Shown here piece after piece: positions 29,927 through 37,817 of a DNA stretch of 64,000 bases. The notes under the pieces are model-generated. The model was not told where the DNA came from. It saw only the letters and a program-made list of their open reading frames with translations, and did not search any database. Positions within the stretch are counted from its first letter, which is position 1; each line of letters opens with the position of its first letter. The translations under genes were made by a program, and so were the position numbers. Source of the DNA: Candidatus Colinaster scatohippi (lineage in GTDB: Bacteria; Bacillota; Clostridia; Lachnospirales; Lachnospiraceae); assembly GCA_018064805.1 (NCBI GenBank), contig JAGHUN010000066.1, forward strand, positions 1,680 to 65,679. The letters are read 5' to 3'.

Positions 29927-30771
29927 AACTCATCTACTTCCGTATAATGTCCAAGAACCTTTACCATCTCACAGTTACGCTGCATACCTTCAATCATAGG
30001 TCGACTTATTGACGAACTGTCGCCCTCTGCCTCTGTGTAAAAATAATATGTCCACCTATGTCCCTTAAGCGGCCTGCTTCTGATTACACGCATATTGTAA
30101 CCAAATATTCCGAGTGTCATAAGAATCTGAGATAATGCTCCCGGCTCGTTAGGAATAGTAAACATCATTGCGTAGACATCCGGTCTGCCATTCTCTACTA
30201 TATCCTCTGACATTGTCCGCTCCATAACTGCAAACTTTGTTGTATTATTATCAACAGTATTAATATTCTCTTCAAGTATTTCAAGGTCATAACGCTGGGC
30301 TGTCTCAACACTGGCAATAGCAGCTACTGATTTATCTCCAAGCTCGGCTACATATTTTGCTGCCTCAGCAGTATTAGTAGCCTGAACCGCTTCATACCCA
30401 TGCTCCTGAAGGTAGTTATAACACTGATCAAGTGCCTGTGGGTGACTGATTACCTTTTTGATATCATCAAATTTAGTCCCCCTTACCCCAAGCAGGTTCT
30501 GTGTTACCGGCAAAGAATATATTCCTTTAATAAAAAGGTCTCCCTCAAATATAATATCCATTACCTGACCAACTTCACCGGCATAGCTGTTCTCAATCGG
30601 CAAAACCGCATAATCGCATTCGCCCTTTACAACCGCTTCATATGCTGCTCTAAAGCTGTGATATGAAATTCTTTCAGAATCAGGAAAAATTCTTCCTGCA
30701 GCTATGTGTGCAAAAGCGCCTTCTATTCCACTATAGGCTATCTTTAATCTTTCATTTTTTATATCAGTCAT
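29923..30771 (-). CDS. pheA: Prephenate dehydratase with ACT domain (no chorismate mutase domain)
   Basis: PIENS, SHPQAL.QC, NTTKF, C-terminal ACT domain (NEPGAL...SRP). Confidence 0.88.
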   Translation of the reverse strand: MTDIKNERLKIAYSGIEGAFAHIAAGRIFPDSERISYHSFRAAYEAVVKGECDYAVLPIENSYAGEVGQVMDIIFEGDLFIKGIYSLPVTQNLLGVRGTKFDDIKKVISHPQALDQCYNYLQEHGYEAVQATNTAEAAKYVAELGDKSVAAIASVETAQRYDLEILEENINTVDNNTTKFAVMERTMSEDIVENGRPDVYAMMFTIPNEPGALSQILMTLGIFGYNMRVIRSRPLKGHRWTYYFYTEAEGDSSSISRPMIEGMQRNCEMVKVLGHYTEVDEL

Positions 30772-30874
30772 AACAAAGCTTTTCCTCCTCGAAGGCACAC
30801 TACCCCCGATTTAACCATATTCCTATATATTTTACCACAAAACAGTAAAAGCTCATAACCTTTTTTATACAAAC

Positions 30875-30995
30875 AAAAAGACACTCTATCCCTTCCTTCC
30901 AATCCTACTGACCTGAGTGAACCCCCTGTAGTTTATCTACAAAGGGCTTCACCCGGCATATGGGATTGATTCAAAAAAGATATAAGTGTCTTTTT
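30875..30995 (-). other. 121-nt long imperfect hairpin (candidate structured RNA or miniature element)
   Basis: Terminal AAAAAGACACT/AGTGTCTTTTT plus nested inner stems that pair better on the minus strand through G-U wobble. Confidence 0.55.
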
Positions 30996-31016
30996 ATTAA
31001 TATATTTAATTAGTAT

Positions 31017-32426
31017 TTATTCAGTAATGTCTTCTAATCTTACATTTGATATATGAACAGTAGCCATTGATCCCCTATTACCAAGGTTGAATTCCAGACG
31101 ACCGTTGTTATCATCCTTCTCTGTCATTTCATACTCGAAGGTATATGACTGTTTCTCTGTTGTCACATCAAATTCAGTATCCACAAGATATCTGATCCAG
31201 CCTGCCGTTGGTGCAGATACACAAACAATTGCCTTTCTGTTTTCATCCGCATACATATCAAAAGTAACTCTGTACTTATGCCCCTTAATCTGAGGAATTT
31301 TAGCCTGGAACATCTGAACCGAATAATCCTCTGTTCCTTCTGCTGTAGTACTTACAATAAGTTCACCATTATCAACAACAGCTTCGCCTTCACCACCTGA
31401 TGCCTTATAGAATGTCCAGTCGTTTTTCTTATTAAGCTCTGACATAAAGTCACCATTATTGATATAATTGCCCGTTTCATCAGGAGCTCTGTATTCCTTC
31501 TTCGGCTTTGTTACATTTGTATCATATGAATCCTTCTGATATACACGCACATAATCAATCTCAAATTCAGCCTTATCAAAGTCTGTATTCTCATCAGGAT
31601 CTCCCGGCCAGTTTCCACCAACTGCCAGATTCATCTGAACAAAGAACGGCTGATTGAATGGAGCCGGATATTCTTTTTCATCCTCACCCGGTACAGCAGT
31701 AAACCAATCGTTTACAGTAAGAATCTTCATATCATCGATATAAAATCTCATTTCTCCCGGTTCCCACTCAACAGAATATTCGTGGAACTTAGATGCAAAT
31801 GTTCCATCCTTAAGTATATTATTGATTACATATGTACCCTGCTGCTCTGCATGTGGCTCACCATAGTGAATTGTGGCATATGTTTTCTTGACATCATCGC
31901 CAAGCACTTCCATAATATCTATCTCACCACACTTTGGCCACTGTCCGTAGTAGCTCTCATCCTGTGGCATCATCCATATAGCAGGCCATAATCCCTTTCC
32001 TTCAGGAACCTTTGCACTTGCTACAACCTTACCATACATAAAATCCTTCTTATTCTGAGAAGTAATCTTACCTGATGTATAGTAATCCTTGCCATCCTTT
32101 TCAGTTTTAATTGCCTTCAGCACAACCTTACCATCGCGAACAAATACATTATCTGTAGATGTTGTATACTCCTGAAGCTCGTTATTTGTCCAGCCCGGCT
32201 CATGTGGTTCATAATTCCAGATTGTCTCATCAAGCTCTGTTCCGTCAAACTCATCACTCCAGAGCAGATTATAACCTTCCAACTGCGGTGTCTCTGTTTT
32301 TACCACATTTTCTGCTCCCGCCTCCGGCTGATTAACATCTCCTGTATTCGACGCGCCACATCCGACAAGCATCGAAAAACACATTGTTCCAACAAGAATA
32401 CAACTAATCACTTTCTTATAATTCAT
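31017..32426 (-). CDS. GH16 beta-1,3-glucanase (laminarinase-like) lipoprotein with a C-terminal CBM4-like domain
   Basis: Lipobox LVGC, WSDEFDG, GWTNNELQ, GLWPAIWM, catalytic EIDIME, NLAVGGNWPG; C-terminal NYINNGDF...W...RLEFNLG. Confidence 0.9.
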   Translation of the reverse strand: MNYKKVISCILVGTMCFSMLVGCGASNTGDVNQPEAGAENVVKTETPQLEGYNLLWSDEFDGTELDETIWNYEPHEPGWTNNELQEYTTSTDNVFVRDGKVVLKAIKTEKDGKDYYTSGKITSQNKKDFMYGKVVASAKVPEGKGLWPAIWMMPQDESYYGQWPKCGEIDIMEVLGDDVKKTYATIHYGEPHAEQQGTYVINNILKDGTFASKFHEYSVEWEPGEMRFYIDDMKILTVNDWFTAVPGEDEKEYPAPFNQPFFVQMNLAVGGNWPGDPDENTDFDKAEFEIDYVRVYQKDSYDTNVTKPKKEYRAPDETGNYINNGDFMSELNKKNDWTFYKASGGEGEAVVDNGELIVSTTAEGTEDYSVQMFQAKIPQIKGHKYRVTFDMYADENRKAIVCVSAPTAGWIRYLVDTEFDVTTEKQSYTFEYEMTEKDDNNGRLEFNLGNRGSMATVHISNVRLEDITE

Positions 32427-32614
32427 ATGGCCCTCCAATATCACTCCCATATATATGCTTTTTCGTTACCTAAAATTCATCCTAATAACAGTTCAGCAAA
32501 ATCAATTAATACACTACTGTATATGTGTATATTATCAGTGCCGGTCATACTTTTATGTCATTCTAATGTTATTTATATCATTTTCATGTCATATGTATCG
32601 TATATGCAATTCGT

Positions 32615-32645
32615 AAAAAAAAAGCCCATCCTACGATAGGCTTTT
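32615..32645 (-). terminator. Intrinsic terminator after the PilZ gene
   Basis: AAAAGCCcATC...GATaGGCTTTT stem with a 9-T tract on the minus strand. Confidence 0.65.
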
Positions 32646-32686
32646 AGAGAATATATTAATCGCACTTAATACCGCCGATTATTCCT

Positions 32687-33460
32687 TTAGTTTGCTGTAC
32701 CTTCTTCTACATGTTCATCCCCACCAACTGCGTCAGACGGCTCTCGTGAAGGCTCTGTCAAATCATCTACCGCCTCAACTATATCTCCATTGGCATTATG
32801 CGCATTTTCAGCTTTATTCCTCTCAGTAATCAAACGTAAGAATCGATACAGTAGATATTCCTTATTCTCTCCTACAATCTTGCATCCATTGAAGGAATTA
32901 CCTGCTCGATTCTGAGTCCTTGAAATAATACAATCCACTTTAAGATCAAAGTACTTATCGTCAATATTATCAGAAAACAGAATCGTTAGCTGATTAGTTT
33001 TAGGAACATATGATATCGGTGCAAAAAAGGAGATTCCAATATCACTAATATCATGAATTAAAATGTCAATATAAGCATCAGCCTGGCTATCATATAACTG
33101 CCCCTTCTTCTGAATAACAAGGCGGTCATATTTTCGCCTGTCATCACTTCTGGCATTCTGATTAAATCCGCTCGTTTTAATATGATATAGCAGTTCATCG
33201 TTCCTTGTTACGGATGCTATCTCCACATTCCTCCAGGATATCCTCTTATTATCAACAGGACTATTAGCAAAAACATTGCATAAAACTCCACTATTATAAT
33301 TAAGATTAAGTTCAAGAGGTTTTCCTGCATGGAAATATGGATCCACAAAAATTCCCATATCATCTTTGTCAATCACGCACGTAGGGAACTCTATCTTCTG
33401 TTCATTCCACACAATCTGGATTATTAAATTTTCTTTTATAAGCAAATCTGTTAATTTCAT
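32687..33460 (-). CDS. Orphan PilZ-domain protein (putative c-di-GMP receptor)
   Basis: RxxxR (RRKYDR) and DxSxxG (DISDIG) motifs after an N-terminal beta-rich domain. Start set at MKLTDLL behind GGGG. Confidence 0.8.
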   Translation of the reverse strand: MKLTDLLIKENLIIQIVWNEQKIEFPTCVIDKDDMGIFVDPYFHAGKPLELNLNYNSGVLCNVFANSPVDNKRISWRNVEIASVTRNDELLYHIKTSGFNQNARSDDRRKYDRLVIQKKGQLYDSQADAYIDILIHDISDIGISFFAPISYVPKTNQLTILFSDNIDDKYFDLKVDCIISRTQNRAGNSFNGCKIVGENKEYLLYRFLRLITERNKAENAHNANGDIVEAVDDLTEPSREPSDAVGGDEHVEEGTAN

Positions 33461-33533
33461 GTGTTTCCCCAATTCACTATAATCATATTTACTATGATAC
33501 CACACTGCCCGGCTCGTCACCATACCAAATAAA

Positions 33534-33565
33534 TGATGCGTAATTACAATAGTAATTACGCATCA
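33534..33565. terminator. Hairpin downstream of tsf
   Basis: TGATGCGTAATTAC-aata-GTAATTACGCATCA, a perfect 14-bp stem. Confidence 0.7.
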
Positions 33566-33618
33566 ACAATTCATATTTTCATTTAAGTCAAATATATACC
33601 AAACAAAAATTTACTTAA

Positions 33619-34695
33619 CTAGCCTAACTGAGCTGCAACTTCTGCTGCGAAGTCTTCGTTCTTCTTCTCCATACCTTCGCCTACTTCGAAACGAACGAAC
33701 TTAGCTACTACAAGAGCCTTGTTAACTGACTCAAGGTACTTAGCAACTGCCTGCTTGCCATCCTCAGCCTTAACATATGTCTGATCCATAAGCACGAGAT
33801 CCTTAAGCTGCTTAGAAACACGACCTTCTACAAGACCTGCAAAAATCTTATTCTCAACATAAGCTGCCTTGTTAGCCATAGCAAGTTCAGCAAGCTTAGC
33901 AATAGCCTCCTTTGAAAGGAAGTTATATAAGTACTTATCATTCTTCTTCTCTGCAAGAATTGCAAGATCCTCATCTGAGAATAACTTCTCACCCTCAACC
34001 TTAGCATATAATTCATTCTGAATAGGCTTTGGAAGAGATGCAGGATCATTAAGTGCGCTGTCAACTGTAATCTCACGAATCTTAGCAAGCTCTGCATCAG
34101 AGATTTCATTTCTTGCAACATACTGAGGATTCATAGCTGCAATCTGCATTGCGATGTTAGCAAGTGCTTCCTTAGCTGCATCATCTGTTGCACCATTAGC
34201 TGCTACAAGAACACCAATCTTTCCACCACCATGGATATAAGAAACTACAGTATCAGCCTCAACCTTAGCAAATCTTCTGAACGAAAGCTTCTCACCAATT
34301 TTAAGTGTCTTCTCAGCGATTTCATCCTTAAGACCGTTCTCCATAAGAGTCTCAACATCCTCGCCGTTCTTACCACCATTAAGACCTGAAGCAAGTGCCT
34401 TATTAGCTACATCCTGTACAAACTCCTGGAATACTTCATTCTTTGCAACGAAGTCAGTCTCAGAGTTAACCTCAGCAACAACACCCTTGTTACCATCAAC
34501 AGCAACACGGCAAATACCCTCTGCTGCGATTCTGCTAGCCTTCTTCTCCATCTTAGCAGCACCAGACTTCTTAAGAGCCTCAAGCGCTGCATCCATATTA
34601 CCATCACACTCTGTAAGTGCCTTCTTACAATCCATCATACCTGCGCCTGAAATCTCACGCAGTTCCTTAACCATAGCTGCTGTAATATTAGCCAT
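33619..34695 (-). CDS. tsf: Translation elongation factor Ts
   Basis: ITAAMVKELREISGAGMMDCKKAL, EVNSETDFVAKN, FVRFEVGEG. Confidence 0.97.
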   Translation of the reverse strand: MANITAAMVKELREISGAGMMDCKKALTECDGNMDAALEALKKSGAAKMEKKASRIAAEGICRVAVDGNKGVVAEVNSETDFVAKNEVFQEFVQDVANKALASGLNGGKNGEDVETLMENGLKDEIAEKTLKIGEKLSFRRFAKVEADTVVSYIHGGGKIGVLVAANGATDDAAKEALANIAMQIAAMNPQYVARNEISDAELAKIREITVDSALNDPASLPKPIQNELYAKVEGEKLFSDEDLAILAEKKNDKYLYNFLSKEAIAKLAELAMANKAAYVENKIFAGLVEGRVSKQLKDLVLMDQTYVKAEDGKQAVAKYLESVNKALVVAKFVRFEVGEGMEKKNEDFAAEVAAQLG

Positions 34696-34725
34696 TGTTT
34701 TGTCCTCCTATTAATATAAGATAAC

Positions 34726-34756
34726 GCTTCTCCGCTTTATATTAAAACGGAGAAGC
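34726..34756. other. Stem-loop between rpsB and tsf
   Basis: GCTTCTCCG...CGGAGAAGC inverted repeat. Confidence 0.55.
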
Positions 34757-34788
34757 ATCTGTAATCAACTTAACTATACAAATTGGAA

Positions 34789-35544
34789 TTATTCAGCATC
34801 TGCTGCTACTTCTTCAATATCTGTAGCTTCTGCAGCTGCCTCAGCCTCTGTATAAACTGCTTCGCCCTGGTTAGCCTCGATAACAGCATCTGCCATCTTA
34901 GAAACGATAAGCTTTACAGCACGGATAGCATCATCATTACCCGGAATGATATAATCAAGCTCTTCCGGATCACAGTTTGTATCACCGATACCGATAAGCT
35001 TAATACCAAGTGAATGAGCTTCCTTAACACAGATAGCTTCCTTCTTAGGATCTACAACGAAAATAGCATCAGGAACTCTTGTCATATCCTTGATACCACC
35101 AATATTCTTCTCGAGCTTCTCCCACTCCTTCTTAATCTGGATAACTTCCTTCTTAGGAAGAACATCAAATGTTCCATCCTCAGCCATCTTCGCGATAGCC
35201 TTAAGTCTTGCGATTCTTGTCTCGATTGTCTTGAAGTTAGTAAGCATACCACCAAGCCATCTCTCGTTTACGTAGTACATTCCGCAACGCTCTGCTTCAG
35301 TCTTAACTGCATCCTGAGCCTGCTTCTTAGTACCAACAAAAAGAACTGTACCACCTTCATTAGCAATATCAAATACTGCCTTGTATGCATCATCAACAAG
35401 ACCTACTGTCTTCTGAAGATCGATGATGTGAATACCATTTCTCTCTGTGAAGATGTAAGGAGCCATCTTAGGGTTCCATCTTCTGGTCTGGTGTCCGAAA
35501 TGTACACCTGCTTCAAGTAACTGCTTCATTGAAATAACGCTCAT
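34789..35544 (-). CDS. rpsB: 30S ribosomal protein S2
   Basis: [37 protein letters not shown]. Confidence 0.98.
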   Translation of the reverse strand: MSVISMKQLLEAGVHFGHQTRRWNPKMAPYIFTERNGIHIIDLQKTVGLVDDAYKAVFDIANEGGTVLFVGTKKQAQDAVKTEAERCGMYYVNERWLGGMLTNFKTIETRIARLKAIAKMAEDGTFDVLPKKEVIQIKKEWEKLEKNIGGIKDMTRVPDAIFVVDPKKEAICVKEAHSLGIKLIGIGDTNCDPEELDYIIPGNDDAIRAVKLIVSKMADAVIEANQGEAVYTEAEAAAEATDIEEVAADAE

Positions 35545-35549
35545 TTTCT

Positions 35550-35655
35550 TACCTCCATTTGGTTAATCTTCCATACCCGGAGAAAGGCCGAGCCGCCTGT
35601 CATACTATCACGTATCAAGTAACGCACCAATAGTTAACACCGAGTATGTGTATAT
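35550..35655 (-). ncRNA. rpsB 5' leader (t44/S2 autoregulatory-type RNA)
   Basis: About 110-nt leader starting ACACATACTCGG and closing with complementary CCGGGTATG, containing GGTGC; position matches known S2 leaders. Confidence 0.6.
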
Positions 35656-35671
35656 TTTTACAACATTGCAA

Positions 35672-35701
35672 ATCATACCATATTATATATAGCAAAATCA
35701 A
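35672..35701 (-). promoter_or_regulatory. Putative sigma-A promoter of rpsB-tsf
   Basis: Minus strand TTGATT, 18 nt spacer, TATGAT, with TG at the extended -10 position. Confidence 0.55.
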
Positions 35702-35964
35702 GCATTTTCTCTGTATTTTCAATGTTTTTTGTTTTTACTAAACATATTGTCCGCCAAGCCATATTCCCTTTTATATAGGGTTATAGGACAAAACGTGTTG
35801 ATGGCTAATCCCAATCGTTGAACGATTTGTCATACCTATGGAAGTCACTCCAAACGATTGCCGTACACATATCATTTACCTCCTTCTTCTGTTCTTATTT
35901 TTTTGAGGTATTTTGTGTTCCTCTTAAGGGTGTTATGATATCAGGTGCCCTGTTACTGAAGCAT

Positions 35965-36319
35965 TGCACTTACAGCAGGGGGTACGCACCTCTTATACAT
36001 ACAGGCGGCTTCTGGCGACGAGCAAGAGTGTACTTACAGCAGGGGGTGGACACCTCTTATACATACAGGCTACTTCTGGCGACGGGCAAGAGTGTACTTA
36101 CAACAGGGGGTGGGCACCTCTTATACATACAAGCAGCTTCTAATGACGAGCAAGAGTGTACTTACAGCAGGGGGTGGACACCTCTTATACATACAGGCGG
36201 CTTCTGGCGACGAGCAAGTGTGTACTTATAGCAGAGGGTGGACACCTCTTATACATACAGGCGCTTCTGGCGACGAGCAAGAGTGTACTTACAGCAGGGG
36301 GTGGGCACCTCTTATACAT
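35965..36319. repeat. Non-coding 64-bp tandem array (six 36-nt units, five 27-28-nt linkers)
   Basis: Units start at 35965, 36029, 36093, 36157, 36221, 36284; consensus TGTACTTACAGCAGGGGGTGGACACCTCTTATACAT followed by ACAGGCGGCTTCTGGCGACGAGCAAGAG. Confidence 0.95.
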
Positions 36320-36355
36320 CCCCCAGTTTTCTTATGGAATTTATATAAAGTTCAT

Positions 36356-36389
36356 AAAAAAGCCTCTCAACCAACAAATTGAGAGGCTT
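36356..36389 (-). terminator. Intrinsic terminator after the second cheY
   Basis: AAGCCTCTCAA...TTGAGAGGCTT with a 6-T tract on the minus strand. Confidence 0.8.
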
Positions 36390-36400
36390 ACTAAGTACTT

Positions 36401-36757
36401 TTATACAAACTTACTGATAACCTTGATTACGTCATCCGGTTCAAAAGGCTTCTGAAGGAAATCACTTGCACCATTCTTAAGCGCTTCCATAACCTTATTC
36501 TTCTGTCCGGCTGCACTAACCATTACAACCTTAATATCAGGATAGTTCTGCTTAATCTGGCTAAGTGCCTCAAGACCATCCATAACAGGCATTGTAATGT
36601 CAAGAGTAATAATATCCGGCTTAATTTTCTCAAGAAGCATAACTGCTTCCTTACCATTTCCGGCATCTGCAATTACCTCATGCCCTGCCTCTGTAAGTGT
36701 ATTAGTTAAAATTTTTCTTAATATACGTGAATCATCAACAATCATTATCTTTGCCAT
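36401..36757 (-). CDS. Single-domain CheY-like response regulator (second CheY)
   Basis: IMIVDDS, LDITMPVMDG, VSA, KPF; 118 aa. Confidence 0.9.
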   Translation of the reverse strand: MAKIMIVDDSRILRKILTNTLTEAGHEVIADAGNGKEAVMLLEKIKPDIITLDITMPVMDGLEALSQIKQNYPDIKVVMVSAAGQKNKVMEALKNGASDFLQKPFEPDDVIKVISKFV

Positions 36758-36769
36758 ATTACGAACCTC

Positions 36770-37657
36770 CTATATTGTATAATCCTTATCAAGAATAACA
36801 TTAAGATTAAGCTGCTTGCCATAAATGATAATTGGCAAAGTAAGTATCTCTTCACTCTTGATAGAACCCGGTGTACCCTGTGCATAAGGTGCATCCATAT
36901 CAATATCAATATCTCTACTACTCATCTCAGTTGCAAGAAGTCCGTTTACACAGTTAATAAGTTCGCAAAGTGCATCCATGCAATCTTCATCACATACAAC
37001 ATTTTCACTTCCGGCAAATCCAACTGCTGTATCAAACATTGAACCATCAATTTCACCCGAAAGAGAAGTAACAATTCTATGCTGTCCCTGTAATTCCTGA
37101 ACACAAATAGCAGGGAAATCCACAGTTGTTGAAACAGTTGGCTTCATAATATAAACATGGTAATCAACAAGTCTCGCCAAAGTTCTTACCATGATTCCAC
37201 AAAGTTTCTGAATCATCTCAGGCTGATCATAAACAAAAATCGGAATAATACGATCATTATCACAACTCTTCAAATCTTCCATATTAGCAAGTGTAAAGCT
37301 ATACTTTTTCTGGAATTCATCCAATGCTTCATTAAACTCCACAATGGTCATTGCTCCACAGTCAGTTACAGACTGCATAAATGCAAGAAATGCATTTCCC
37401 TGAAGAACCAACAGTCTGCTAACCTGTTCATCGGTAAGATAGCCCTTTTCAACTGCTATGTCACCAAAACGCTTATCATAAATAGCCTGAAGCTGATTAA
37501 CTTCCTCAACCTGCTCAATAGACATAAGCTTTTCTGAAACAGCAATAACACCAAGTCTTACTCTCTTTTGTTCCTGACTTGAATATATCTCTCCGAGACT
37601 CTTATCTGTTAATTTGCCTGTTTCAACCAGATAGCTGGCAAATATTCGATCAAACAT
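36770..37657 (-). CDS. CheX/CheC-like phosphatase with N-terminal tandem MshEN-like motifs
   Basis: RLGVIAVSEKLMSIEQVEEVNQLQ and RFGDIAVEKGYLTDEQVSRLLVLQ match the MshEN pattern; C-terminal DALCELINCVNG has the ExxN phosphatase motif. Confidence 0.75.
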   Translation of the reverse strand: MFDRIFASYLVETGKLTDKSLGEIYSSQEQKRVRLGVIAVSEKLMSIEQVEEVNQLQAIYDKRFGDIAVEKGYLTDEQVSRLLVLQGNAFLAFMQSVTDCGAMTIVEFNEALDEFQKKYSFTLANMEDLKSCDNDRIIPIFVYDQPEMIQKLCGIMVRTLARLVDYHVYIMKPTVSTTVDFPAICVQELQGQHRIVTSLSGEIDGSMFDTAVGFAGSENVVCDEDCMDALCELINCVNGLLATEMSSRDIDIDMDAPYAQGTPGSIKSEEILTLPIIIYGKQLNLNVILDKDYTI

Positions 37658-37687
37658 ATTGTATGCTCCTTTACTCCCATTTCCTTA

Positions 37688-37716
37688 ATTATAGATGTTT
37701 TATACAATTTAGGCAA
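37688..37716 (-). promoter_or_regulatory. Putative sigma-A promoter for the MshEN-CheX/CheY pair
   Basis: Minus strand TTGCCT, 17 nt spacer, TATAAT, 30 nt upstream of the ATG with an AAGGAG SD. Confidence 0.6.
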
Positions 37717-37817
37717 CCATATTGGTATATTATTATGTATTTTTTTCAACCTGTTGCTCTTTTTCGCCCTGATTAAATGTTTCTTTTCATTATTATGACG
37801 AATTTCACATTAACTAA

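Noticed and set aside
30890-30920. SRP RNA-like words (CAGGTC...GGAAGGAAG on the minus strand)
   Set aside because: The spacing does not form the SRP helix 8 tetraloop, the AGCAG motif is missing, and these bases are paired within the long hairpin.
30772-31016. T-box riboswitch upstream of pheA-aro
   Set aside because: No GGTGGNACC antiterminator motif was found on the minus strand.
35965-36319. Calling the 64-bp array a CRISPR array
   Set aside because: The would-be spacers are variants of one sequence, the repeats vary internally, and no cas gene is in the window.
35965-36319. Nextera/Tn5 mosaic-end contamination (shared CTCTTATACA)
   Set aside because: Only 10 nt match CTGTCTCTTATACACATCT; the flanks differ and the copies sit in diverged 64-bp units.
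35818-36455. Plus-strand ORFs across the array (137, 96 and 99 aa)
   Set aside because: They cycle through the three frames of a 64-bp repeat and have no convincing SD; they are by-products of the repeat.
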